A stretch of 64,000 nt of DNA, from the IMG/VR virus record IMGVR_UViG_3300030060_004277, positions 1 through 64,000 of that record. One strand, written 5' to 3'. Positions 43,071-51,968 of the stretch are shown in pieces. A program made the position numbers and the translations under genes. This DNA is from a virus. The notes under the pieces were generated by a model. That model ran no database searches. It was not told the origin of the DNA and saw only the letters and a list, made by a program, of their open reading frames with translations. The stretch's first letter is position 1. Each line of letters starts with the position of its first letter.

Positions 43071-45125
43071 CTACGGACTCAGGATTGTATCCCTGCCAAT
43101 CACCTTGATTGACTTCGGTAGAATCTTGAGTTTGCTTCGTATGGGTCCTTTGTCCTCCGGTATGGGTAGTGGTGCTTCGGTAATGAAGTAGTCATCGATG
43201 AGTATCTCCAGATTCTCTCTTGTGGCACCGGAACCTGACTTGTTGAATGTGAGGCGTATCATGTCATCATCCGTTTGACCAGACTCGTCTGTGTCATCGA
43301 AGTTTGCCACTGCCCTTCTCATGTTGTGATAGAAGGCCGGGTCATCGACTACGATTTCCATCTCTAGGTCATACTCGGTTTTGCCTTCTACGGCTAAGGT
43401 TGGGTTTCTAGTGCCAGCGAATGGGACTTGGTCTGTGGCTGAGTCAGCGACATTAGCACCGCTTATGGTGTAGAACTGCTCTACCCCAGTGCTGCCATTC
43501 AGAGTGAAGGAGACTACTTGACCTAGGTTCTGCCCGAGCACTCTCATAGTCCCATTGTAGAACATGAATGGTTTTTGGGTGCCTTTCTCGATACCTGAGA
43601 CCTTTCTACTGAGTTCGGTGTTACCTGTGTCCTCAAAGAGCCTGTGTGTGTCATATCTGTCTCCTTTGTTGGAACTCTCCAACCTGCCGGTGTCAGTGTA
43701 GCAGAGCGCTGAATCGAAGTTGACTGTCATCCTAAGAGCAGCGTCCGTATCTGCTGTCATACTGAAGTCCTTGACCTTGCATCCACGGAAGACACGGGTG
43801 AGTTGCTTAGAATCACCAGTTCCTCCGTCAGTGGTACCGGCGTTGCTGTCCAAGTCTCTTCTTCTGACGCTGACCTCCATGGCGAAGGACGGTACCGTGG
43901 TTCTGGAGAAGTAGAGATGCTCGATGCCGTTGGTGAGTCCACCATCAGTGCCTCTGTCTGGGCTACCGTTGCTTGAGTCAGTAGCGTATCTTGCGAAGGT
44001 GACAACTGTCCCACTAACCGGATGACCGTAGTCAAGGGGCTGGTCAAGCCATATCTTGCAGTCACCGCTGCTTGCGGAGAATGAGACTATCCTCCTTATC
44101 TGCTGCTTGATTGCCTTGTCGAATATCTGCGTGGCGTTGACTGCTGGCCATGCATCAGCGACAAGACCACCACCCACCGCTGTTTCCCTGTACGTCTGAA
44201 CGTCTACCATCTCCGCTGCTGTATCTAATATGACATAGTCACCCACACCGACATTCACACTACCAAAGTTAGGATTATCCGTGCCACCGTCATCGGTGAT
44301 TTCTATATACGAGTCACCGGGACTGGCTGGTTTGCCACTGGCGAGTATGTATGTGCCTGTAGCAGCGTTCTCAGTTGCTGAGTTCAATGGCTTGGATACG
44401 TGTTGTCCGAGACAATACTTGAACCAGCGACTGTTGTGTATGTTGCACTCGAAGGAGCCACCTTGGTTGGTGAACCTGCCCGGTACTTGCACTGCTACAT
44501 CACGACCGAGACCCACAACGTGATACCTCTTGAGGTCGACCTTGGTCTCTGGTAGAGCGACAGTGCTGACGAGACCGACGAATTGGTCTGTGAGAACACG
44601 CTCTGCTGATGCATTTGCAGCGTCATTGTGAGTCATGCCGACATCGATGGTAGGAGTGGCGAATGGTAGGATTGTGATTGCATCACCGGATGCGGATGTC
44701 ACATCAGCAGCGATGTTGCCTGATTTGAGAGCAGGTGTGACCGTAATCTCAGTCTTGCCATCGTTGTCGTTGTCGGTATCGTTCGCTACCTCCTGCTTCA
44801 CTATGGTGTAGATACGACCTGTCGAGTTGTAGTCATCAGCAGAGAAGTTCCCAGATGCGTTGAATACCAGTCTGCTACCAACGAGCATGCCGTTCGGGTA
44901 TCGTAGAATGCCCGCATTGACAGGAGTGTTCGAAGCCCCACCGGTGAATGTGATGACGCTCGTATCCTTGACCAAGTCATGGTGCGGCGCATTGGCTGCG
45001 TTGCCACCAGTATCGAAACTGCAAATGATTCTGAATGTCCCTGCATAGTCATGCTCTAGGAACAGACTAGTCTCATGGCCGAATGTAATCTCGCTTAGGT
45101 CACCCTTGTATACTGTCGACGGCAT
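43071..45125 (-). CDS. Major tail (tube) protein with inserted domains
   Basis: Position; C-terminal PFMFYNG...VVSFTL...EGKTEY tube-like pattern. Start at ATG after GAGGTGA SD. Confidence 0.65.
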   Translation of the reverse strand: MPSTVYKGDLSEITFGHETSLFLEHDYAGTFRIICSFDTGGNAANAPHHDLVKDTSVITFTGGASNTPVNAGILRYPNGMLVGSRLVFNASGNFSADDYNSTGRIYTIVKQEVANDTDNDNDGKTEITVTPALKSGNIAADVTSASGDAITILPFATPTIDVGMTHNDAANASAERVLTDQFVGLVSTVALPETKVDLKRYHVVGLGRDVAVQVPGRFTNQGGSFECNIHNSRWFKYCLGQHVSKPLNSATENAATGTYILASGKPASPGDSYIEITDDGGTDNPNFGSVNVGVGDYVILDTAAEMVDVQTYRETAVGGGLVADAWPAVNATQIFDKAIKQQIRRIVSFSASSGDCKIWLDQPLDYGHPVSGTVVTFARYATDSSNGSPDRGTDGGLTNGIEHLYFSRTTVPSFAMEVSVRRRDLDSNAGTTDGGTGDSKQLTRVFRGCKVKDFSMTADTDAALRMTVNFDSALCYTDTGRLESSNKGDRYDTHRLFEDTGNTELSRKVSGIEKGTQKPFMFYNGTMRVLGQNLGQVVSFTLNGSTGVEQFYTISGANVADSATDQVPFAGTRNPTLAVEGKTEYDLEMEIVVDDPAFYHNMRRAVANFDDTDESGQTDDDMIRLTFNKSGSGATRENLEILIDDYFITEAPLPIPEDKGPIRSKLKILPKSIKVIGRDTILSP

Positions 45126-45135
45126 CTTCTTCACC

Positions 45136-45585
45136 TCATGGGATTAACTCTGCGAAGATAACAACTTCTATCTGATAGGTCATTCTGAACAGTTTTTTGC
45201 TCCTATCTGACAAATCCGTCCTCGTCTTGTAGACCAATCTGTCCATGTTCGTGCCATCTCCTTTTCTGAATAAGTGAATGAGTCTTCGCACCTCGTTCTC
45301 CATGAGTTTGAAGTGGCCCCTGCTCCTCATGGTACGCATGTCGACCGTGATGTTGATTCTGGTTGTGACGAAGTCGTAGAGCAATTCTGGTGTCTCCTCA
45401 TTGTGTGCCGTCTCGAAAACTAGGACGTAGTCGGTCCTGTCTAGGTCAAGCCTCTTGCCTCTCTCAGGACCAGTCTCAGCGATATCGATTATGACAGGCT
45501 TGAAGTTGGCAGTGTTGCCCCTGTTCCAGTTGTCACTGAGGGTATCGACCACTAAGTCGATGCCTTCTTTGAATGTGGCTACCAT
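45136..45585 (-). CDS. Putative tail terminator / neck protein
   Basis: Size, position before the tube gene and alternating beta pattern. Confidence 0.5.
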   Translation of the reverse strand: MVATFKEGIDLVVDTLSDNWNRGNTANFKPVIIDIAETGPERGKRLDLDRTDYVLVFETAHNEETPELLYDFVTTRINITVDMRTMRSRGHFKLMENEVRRLIHLFRKGDGTNMDRLVYKTRTDLSDRSKKLFRMTYQIEVVIFAELIP

Positions 45586-45953
45586 TCCTTGACCTCCATT
45601 TCTCTCTCATATAGCGCAAAGTCGGGTGCTAGTTTTCCTCCCCTCTGCACCACCTTGTGCTCTCGGAGGGCAGGAGACTCATTTAACATACGGGTATTCA
45701 CGTTGTTGTTTAACGACAAGACTTCATCCATGGATGCGGGTGTGCCGTTCAATCTCTCATAACCATCAGGAGTCTTCCTGAGACCCGCTACACCTGCTTC
45801 CTGCCTCTCTATAATCTCCCTGAACTCAGAGGGAGTCTGGGTTATGACCATCTTGAGTTGTTCCTGCACTTCACCCTTTTCGAACTCCTTGCTGATGGCT
45901 TCCATGTAATCAACATAAGTCGGGTCATTGCGGTCATACGCCTTATTACTCAA
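45579..45953 (-). CDS. Hypothetical neck-region protein
   Basis: Overlapping, coupled ORF. Confidence 0.6.
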   Translation of the reverse strand: MSNKAYDRNDPTYVDYMEAISKEFEKGEVQEQLKMVITQTPSEFREIIERQEAGVAGLRKTPDGYERLNGTPASMDEVLSLNNNVNTRMLNESPALREHKVVQRGGKLAPDFALYEREMEVKEW

Positions 45954-47628
45954 AGGTAATCACCTCTATGTACCGAGGAAGGGTCCTGTCGATGTCTTGT
46001 CTGTATAGTTGAATCTTAGACGCTAGGTCCACGTTCTGTGTTCCCTCTGGTATGAGGACACTCCTGTCGTCACTCATGAGCAACTCGATGGCAACCATCT
46101 TGGTACATACGTCCTCGATGGCCTGCTCGACGTATCTCTCGCCGTAGATGTACGCGACCTTGATTGCGTTCCACTCGAAGAACGGGTATGAGTTGTTGAA
46201 GTAGACTATTCCCATCTCAGCGTCGAGCCAGAAGTCCCTGAGCCTTCCCTTGTCGCCGCTGGCGCTGCCCCCTTGCAGGTCTATGGCGAATCTATGCTGA
46301 GTGACTGTGGCACTCGCGCTGCTCATTGTAGTAGCGTTGCCACCGTTATAACTCCCAACTTGCTTACAACTGATGAATACAGTATCAGTCCTGCTCTCGT
46401 AGAAAACTACGTCTGCGGCATCAGAGCCGACGAGAAGACCGGATGGCGCGAAGCCCTCTGTGGAATCGACCACTATATCCATCGTACCAGCGGTTATATC
46501 ACCAGTAGACGAGGCTGTGGTCGCTGTGCTGGTGTGAGTTTGGGAGATTTCTATGTTAGTGCTCGGGCTGCCAATCACAGCGATTGAAGAGTCCTCACCG
46601 CCGACGGAGTCCCTCATGCTGGATATCTTCACTATCCCCGAGCCGTAGTCGGCATTGGCACTTGCGAGGAACTCGTTGTGGACCGCCACGTTCGACGTCG
46701 AACCCGGCATGGTGAGTGCTGTTCCACCTAAATCTGCGAACTCGATTGCAGTTGCTGATACCCTGTCCTCCTTGTTGATGAGGTCAGCGAGGCTCTGTGC
46801 ATTGCTCATGTTGTCCAAGTCTATTCTGAACTTGGCATTGTCATGAGCAACTGCTCCTCCATCGGGTATTTGCACTGCTTCCAGTGTAGCAAAAACCCCT
46901 GAGCCGTTGGCTAGGAATACCTTATTGGTATTCTGCATGAAACTCCCAACAACGGATGAGTCAACTGAGGTTTTCTTAGCGAATCTGAGGCGAGCCTCAG
47001 CAGCGCCTATCTCCCTGTAGTCGTCGCCCTGCCACAGTTCGACCCTCAGCAGTTGCTGCACGTTGCGGAATAGGAGTGGGGCTGTGCCTACGTAATCCGT
47101 GTAATATCGTCGCCTGTATGGTTTGTAGGTATCGAAGTTGATGTACTCGGCAGAGACCAGATTGGGTCTCCATGAGTTGTGAGTGATGTTGTCTATCTTG
47201 TCCTGCATCCTAGTGATGATTGTATTGACCTTGTCTTTGGTAAGCCCTCGTGACCTACCATTGGTGAACGATGCCTTGTTCTGAACGTATCCATTGTCCG
47301 TGGTCTCGTATAGACCGGGGTTGATAGCGGATGAGAATGCGAGTTTGACACCGTCTGCACTTGTGGTGATTGCAGTGATATCACGGTCAACACCCAAGGG
47401 GTCTGCGTCTGAGTACAGTAGTAGAGTGTCTCCTACTGAGAATCCGATGTTCCTGTAGTCCGCTCCTGTCACGAATACGGCGTTAGCCTCTGCGTTAGCG
47501 GACATCAAGACTGCTTCTTGTGGTCCTAAGTCCAATAGGTCTGCAACTTTCTGCGCTGTGGTATACACTATAGCAGTGGGGTCTAAGGGTCTCGTCTCAG
47601 GTTCACCCGGACTGAATACTTGTGGCAT
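45946..47628 (-). CDS. Putative head-tail adaptor with inserted domains
   Basis: YTTAQKVADLL N-terminus, KIDNIT, IKVAYIYG...AIEDVCTKMVA adaptor-like segments. Confidence 0.6.
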   Translation of the reverse strand: MPQVFSPGEPETRPLDPTAIVYTTAQKVADLLDLGPQEAVLMSANAEANAVFVTGADYRNIGFSVGDTLLLYSDADPLGVDRDITAITTSADGVKLAFSSAINPGLYETTDNGYVQNKASFTNGRSRGLTKDKVNTIITRMQDKIDNITHNSWRPNLVSAEYINFDTYKPYRRRYYTDYVGTAPLLFRNVQQLLRVELWQGDDYREIGAAEARLRFAKKTSVDSSVVGSFMQNTNKVFLANGSGVFATLEAVQIPDGGAVAHDNAKFRIDLDNMSNAQSLADLINKEDRVSATAIEFADLGGTALTMPGSTSNVAVHNEFLASANADYGSGIVKISSMRDSVGGEDSSIAVIGSPSTNIEISQTHTSTATTASSTGDITAGTMDIVVDSTEGFAPSGLLVGSDAADVVFYESRTDTVFISCKQVGSYNGGNATTMSSASATVTQHRFAIDLQGGSASGDKGRLRDFWLDAEMGIVYFNNSYPFFEWNAIKVAYIYGERYVEQAIEDVCTKMVAIELLMSDDRSVLIPEGTQNVDLASKIQLYRQDIDRTLPRYIEVITFE

Positions 47629-47927
47629 TAGAGCCTTGCCTCCTCATTCCTGTTTCCTAGATTGTACTCCATAGGTCTATCACAAGAACCACATGTCTCT
47701 CTCCACATGAAATGAAGAAAGCCGCAGTGCTTGCATCTGGTGCCAGAGCCTATGTTCAATATGTCTGCGACGTCCTTGACTCTCTTGTGCTGCTTGCGCA
47801 CAGTGCCTTTCAATGGATTGGGGTTGTCCCCAACCACACCGTCGTCGTATTTTATGTCTGAACGTACGTTTTTCTTCTGTGCTCGGGAGATGTCTTCGAT
47901 ATCAAGTTCTCTCAATTCGAAACCCAT
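47628..47927 (-). CDS. Zn-finger protein
   Basis: CKHC...CGSC; GGTGAGG SD. Confidence 0.7.
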   Translation of the reverse strand: MGFELRELDIEDISRAQKKNVRSDIKYDDGVVGDNPNPLKGTVRKQHKRVKDVADILNIGSGTRCKHCGFLHFMWRETCGSCDRPMEYNLGNRNEEARL

Positions 47928-47942
47928 TCATACCCCTCACCA

Positions 47943-48137
47943 TCAAACGTATGTCACCAATATGTAGATGTTGCCTAAGACCGTAAAAGGGTCCGATGCT
48001 ATCAGGCTGGTGGTGCTTGACGCATCACCCAACGTGCCCACAGCAGTCGCTATGGTTGTTGACAGCGTGGACGTGTCAGTGAACTCCTTCGGTGAGAAGG
48101 GTCCAACGACTTTGTACTTCGGTGTTAGGTCAGCCAT
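47943..48137 (-). CDS. Small virion protein
   Basis: GGTGA SD; head module. Confidence 0.6.
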   Translation of the reverse strand: MADLTPKYKVVGPFSPKEFTDTSTLSTTIATAVGTLGDASSTTSLIASDPFTVLGNIYILVTYV

Positions 48138-48150
48138 CTAGGTCACCGCC

Positions 48151-48432
48151 TTAACTGCGGTGTCCCATAGCGAACCATGTGCCGTCTTGCCCGTTTACGT
48201 TCTGGATGACTAGGGAGGTGCCGTTGATGAGTGCGAACACTCCATCGACTCCTGCTCCAGTTCCAGCGGTACCGCTTCCTGCAACCGCGTTGCATGCAAC
48301 TATGTCGGCTAGTAGACCAGATAGGTCAATGCTGCCTCCTGCATCGCTTCCGCCATTGGTAAAGGTTCCAGTAACCATTAGTAGGTTACCGACTGTGTGT
48401 GGTCGTGTGTCTATTGTACTTGCAAATGCCAT
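48151..48432 (-). CDS. Putative head decoration / fibre protein
   Basis: G/A/T-rich beta-type protein downstream of the capsid gene. Confidence 0.5.
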   Translation of the reverse strand: MAFASTIDTRPHTVGNLLMVTGTFTNGGSDAGGSIDLSGLLADIVACNAVAGSGTAGTGAGVDGVFALINGTSLVIQNVNGQDGTWFAMGHRS

Positions 48433-48437
48433 TTATC

Positions 48438-48851
48438 TCATTCCTCCTGTATTGTCTCCTCGACTGGTTCTTCGACTGCTTCCTCGACCACTGGTTCTTC
48501 AACCACTGGCTCTGCTACGGGTTCAGGAGCAGGCGGGTTAAGGACATTGTCCACGAGACCGAGTAGTCTGGTCTTCGTCTTGTATCCTCCACCCACGCTG
48601 CTTCCACTGTCCTCTAGCCACTTGATGATGTTGGCTCTAGTCCAACCCTCATCAGGGATTCCGTCTTCACCTTTGTCGTGGTGAACACCTTCGTCGCCTT
48701 CAACCAGAAAATGCTGGTCACTAATCTTCCTACGGTTAGAGTCGAGCCAATCTTGACTGACTTCCCTTACCTGCCCACGGATGAAGGCCGGGACTTTGGG
48801 GTCCGGGCTCTTCCTCTCGTAGAAAGGACCTTTGTAGGTTATAGTAGGCAC
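48438..48851 (-). CDS. Protein with HeH (SAP/LEM-like) motif and acidic tail
   Basis: WTRANIIKWLED...TKTRLLGLV followed by a PVVEE tract. Confidence 0.55.
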   Translation of the reverse strand: MPTITYKGPFYERKSPDPKVPAFIRGQVREVSQDWLDSNRRKISDQHFLVEGDEGVHHDKGEDGIPDEGWTRANIIKWLEDSGSSVGGGYKTKTRLLGLVDNVLNPPAPEPVAEPVVEEPVVEEAVEEPVEETIQEE

Positions 48852-48862
48852 GAAGAGTCACC

Positions 48863-49291
48863 TCAGACTACCACTAGCAGTAGTTCTGCTCCAGTCGTGT
48901 CGTTAGTGGTACCATCAGTCGTCGCTTCTATGTCGAAGGTTAGCACGAGGTCGCTGGTTTTTGCCACTGCAAAGTTAGCAGTTGCGTCTGCGTGCTGTCC
49001 TACTACTGTTAGGATTTTGCTGCACTCGCCGCTTAGGGTTAGTGTCTCACCCTCGGCTAGAGCGCTGTTCATCGTAACAGCGAGAAGTCTTGGACTCCTT
49101 CTGTTCACTACCTGTGTGTTTGATGCTGCGAATCCACCAAGGTTACCGGGGTAACCGTCGGTTGATTGTCCGTCGAGCCATAGTGTCTCGCTTTCATCGC
49201 TACCAGCCCATAGACCAAGGTCTAGGTTGACCGTGGTGGTTGCGCTGCCGCTTGTCGTGTATGTTATTCCTCTGTGTGTTGTTGCTGCCAT
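48863..49291 (-). CDS. Putative capsid decoration protein
   Basis: Directly after the capsid gene; strong AGGTGA SD. Confidence 0.55.
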   Translation of the reverse strand: MAATTHRGITYTTSGSATTTVNLDLGLWAGSDESETLWLDGQSTDGYPGNLGGFAASNTQVVNRRSPRLLAVTMNSALAEGETLTLSGECSKILTVVGQHADATANFAVAKTSDLVLTFDIEATTDGTTNDTTGAELLLVVV

Positions 49292-49328
49292 ATCTTTTTC
49301 ACCTTACCTTTTTATCTCCTCTGCAACC

Positions 49329-50465
49329 TCACTTTAGGTCACGAATACTCCCTTGTGCTCCGAAGAAGGTGGTCCATATTTCTCCCATCGTTCTGTAGAG
49401 TCCTTCCTGACCTAGCCTGTTGATGGCGAACGGGTCGCCAGTCTCGATTCCCGACTCGAAATACTGGGTCGGTATCGCAGTGCTGAAGTAGAGGTAGTCT
49501 GTGTCTAGGTAGTAAATCTTGGATAGGTTTCCATCGTCATCCATGTCCTTGGTTGGGATGATTGGCACACCGTTGTAGGTCGCTACGATGAATCCGGCTT
49601 CCATACCGGGTACACCCTTCACGCCGTTGTAGGTTGGTGTGACTCTCTTCTCTTCCATGAACCTCTGCTGGGACTGTAGCAGTTGCTGTAGTCTCATCAG
49701 AGTGTCGTATCCAGTTAGCATGACCTTGGGGTTTCCACCGCGCTCCCAGATTTGCTGGAACAAAGTGTCCAGTTGGTCTAGGGACAGTGTCCTGTCGTTT
49801 CCGCTTGAGTCACAGTTGACTTCTGCATCAGACCAAGTGTTAGCGCTTCTGTCGATGCTGTATATGTCCAAGTCTGCTGCTGTGTTCACGTGGACTGATG
49901 TGTTCATTGCTGCATCGCTTGCAGTAACTCGGTCCAATGACTCGAAGTTGTTTCCTGCTACTGTGTCAGCGTCAGTCAAGAGCATCTTGTTGACCATCTC
50001 TGCGTGGTGCTTACCCATCTCTTCCTTTAGGACTGCTCGGATGTCTCCCAATCCGTCGTCCCTGTCTGCTAGGAAGATAGCCGTCTCAGACATATCGAAC
50101 GTGTGTGCGATTGTCTTTGGCTTTGCAGCGATGTGCTGGAAGGTAGGCTTCACAGTGTCTGGTAGGATTGCATTCTCTGCAACACCACCGTGGACAACCC
50201 CTGCATTTGGCTTGTCAGTGATAACTCTCCAACCGCTCCTGTCCCAAGGTCTCTTGGGTAGGATGCTGAATGCGTTGAACTCTTGGTTCAATTGTGACCA
50301 GACCTTTCGTCCGTAGATTGCTTGGTAGGTACCAGCAGTCGTGGACAGCATAGGACTGTCAGCCTTCAATAGTTCGCTACCAGTGTATGAGTAGCCCATT
50401 GCGTTCCCGGCGCCATAGTAATAGCGCTCCATGTCAGTTATTGTGCGTACGTAATCTCTTGCCAT
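49329..50465 (-). CDS. Major capsid protein (HK97 fold)
   Basis: Size and position after the protease; GVAEN..P, YNGVPII motifs; GAGGTGA SD. Confidence 0.88.
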   Translation of the reverse strand: MARDYVRTITDMERYYYGAGNAMGYSYTGSELLKADSPMLSTTAGTYQAIYGRKVWSQLNQEFNAFSILPKRPWDRSGWRVITDKPNAGVVHGGVAENAILPDTVKPTFQHIAAKPKTIAHTFDMSETAIFLADRDDGLGDIRAVLKEEMGKHHAEMVNKMLLTDADTVAGNNFESLDRVTASDAAMNTSVHVNTAADLDIYSIDRSANTWSDAEVNCDSSGNDRTLSLDQLDTLFQQIWERGGNPKVMLTGYDTLMRLQQLLQSQQRFMEEKRVTPTYNGVKGVPGMEAGFIVATYNGVPIIPTKDMDDDGNLSKIYYLDTDYLYFSTAIPTQYFESGIETGDPFAINRLGQEGLYRTMGEIWTTFFGAQGSIRDLK

Positions 50466-50476
50466 ATTTTTTCACC

Positions 50477-51379
50477 TCACTCTGGATTGAAGGCCCTCGT
50501 TGCCAAGTTGTGCACCTCGCTCCAAGACATTGATGCAAGGTCCTCAGTGGAGGGCACGGTTACTGATGGTGCCTCAGCCGACTTCTGGATGGCCTCGCCA
50601 ATCTCTGGGGATGAAGTGACGCTCTCGATTCTCTCGGATAGCGCTTCAATCGATTTTTGTATGTCTGCTAGAGGCCCGCGAGCATCGTATGCTGCTGCCT
50701 CGGCCTTTGCAATCTCCTCTTCTCTCTCGCTTGCGTAGCGGGAAGCAAATTGCTTCTCAAGGGTAAGCCTGTAGTCCTGCTCTAGTGCAGCAGCCTTGTA
50801 GACCTCATATGCGGCCTCTACATCTGCATCGCTAACTACTGCTGGGTCTAGGTAGTCGGATTTCTTGACTTCCTTCTCGCCACCACCAGTGCCTAGTTTT
50901 CCTACAGCGCCGGTTGAGGGAGAGCCACTCTCCTGTGCTCGACCTTTCACCTGACCACCGAAGTAGTCAGCACCGTCTCCAATGGACTCTGGGGTAGAAC
51001 CCAAGTTTGCTTTCTCGAGGTCATCGAAGTGCGCTCTTGCACCATCGATGTCAACTCCGCCGCTCTTCAGGGTGTCTTCCATCCAGTTCAGGTACTCGGA
51101 GGAGATAACGTCAGAGAATTCCTCTGATTTCTTGGCATCGTCACCGTGGACTGCCTTGCCGTACATCCCTTTCTCTTTGTCGTCATCTTTCTTATCCTTG
51201 TCCATCATGGCCTTCTCCTTGTCGTCCTTGCTTTCTTTCTTATCAGCCATGTGCTCTTTCAGACCTGCTGGCATTTCGCCCTTGTCCACGGAGTCACCCT
51301 CCAAGGACTCGAGCCTGCCCTCAAGACGAGAAAGCACATCGCTCATCTGTTTCATCATGTCATCGTTTTCGTCTGTCAT
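50477..51379 (-). CDS. Nested in-frame scaffold protein (about 300 aa)
   Basis: Internal AGGTGAAAAAATG at Met178, matching the SD context of the capsid gene. Confidence 0.6.
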   Translation of the reverse strand: MTDENDDMMKQMSDVLSRLEGRLESLEGDSVDKGEMPAGLKEHMADKKESKDDKEKAMMDKDKKDDDKEKGMYGKAVHGDDAKKSEEFSDVISSEYLNWMEDTLKSGGVDIDGARAHFDDLEKANLGSTPESIGDGADYFGGQVKGRAQESGSPSTGAVGKLGTGGGEKEVKKSDYLDPAVVSDADVEAAYEVYKAAALEQDYRLTLEKQFASRYASEREEEIAKAEAAAYDARGPLADIQKSIEALSERIESVTSSPEIGEAIQKSAEAPSVTVPSTEDLASMSWSEVHNLATRAFNPE

Positions 51380-51910
51380 TTTTTCACCTGTGTCTTCCTT
51401 CAAAATACTAAATGTCGCTTCTGGGTTAATTCCTTTTTCGCAAATTGTTATCTCATGCAGTTCAAGTTTACTGATTTCTTGGTAGTCGCCCCTCTTTGGG
51501 TCCGATTTCCTCATTCTCTTGAACGCCTGACCGCCGATACTGAAACCCCTTAGTCCGCCTTTGCGTATTTCCGCTGAGACTTCCTTGGCCTTCTCGATGT
51601 CGTTACGTAATTGTACTACTACAAACATTCCGACATCATCGACTTCGCTCTTCCACAACCTCCCTTCTGCATCTGTATAATTTGGAATTACTTCTCCTAC
51701 CTGTATATTTGAGTGCGCTAGTTGGACGTTTCTGTATTTCGGGTCCTCCATGAACTTCCGAAATGCGTCCTTCAATGCCCCCCTTGTGATTATATCGCCC
51801 TGCTTGTCAACCAACTCGACACTGGCATAACCAGCGACGATGAGGTCGTTTCCACCCTTGAGGAGTGAAATAGACTCGTCTGCTCTGTAGAGTTGCTCAC
51901 TTAGGACCAC
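50477..51910 (-). CDS. Prohead protease (HK97-type) fused to a scaffold domain
   Basis: AGYASVELVDKQGD, catalytic-like H (LAH), GFSIGG, LHEITIC...NP; charged coiled-coil C-terminal half. Confidence 0.88.
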   Translation of the reverse strand: MVLSEQLYRADESISLLKGGNDLIVAGYASVELVDKQGDIITRGALKDAFRKFMEDPKYRNVQLAHSNIQVGEVIPNYTDAEGRLWKSEVDDVGMFVVVQLRNDIEKAKEVSAEIRKGGLRGFSIGGQAFKRMRKSDPKRGDYQEISKLELHEITICEKGINPEATFSILKEDTGEKMTDENDDMMKQMSDVLSRLEGRLESLEGDSVDKGEMPAGLKEHMADKKESKDDKEKAMMDKDKKDDDKEKGMYGKAVHGDDAKKSEEFSDVISSEYLNWMEDTLKSGGVDIDGARAHFDDLEKANLGSTPESIGDGADYFGGQVKGRAQESGSPSTGAVGKLGTGGGEKEVKKSDYLDPAVVSDADVEAAYEVYKAAALEQDYRLTLEKQFASRYASEREEEIAKAEAAAYDARGPLADIQKSIEALSERIESVTSSPEIGEAIQKSAEAPSVTVPSTEDLASMSWSEVHNLATRAFNPE

Positions 51911-51934
51911 TGGCCCCGTGTTGGTTTGTCATAC

Positions 51935-51942
51935 TACTTATA
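51935..51942 (-). promoter_or_regulatory. Putative archaeal TATA box for the protease-capsid operon
   Basis: TATAAGTA about 25 nt upstream of GTG 51910; no SD seen, so the transcript may be leaderless. Confidence 0.5.
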
Positions 51943-51968
51943 CCGCTCGCAGAACTAACTGCAAGGTT

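Noticed and set aside
43071-45125. Contractile tail sheath, suggested by the ~680-aa size
   Set aside because: No separate small tube gene or baseplate wedge genes recognised; the C-terminal pattern and adjacent G/GT chaperone fit a tube protein with insertions. Not fully excluded.
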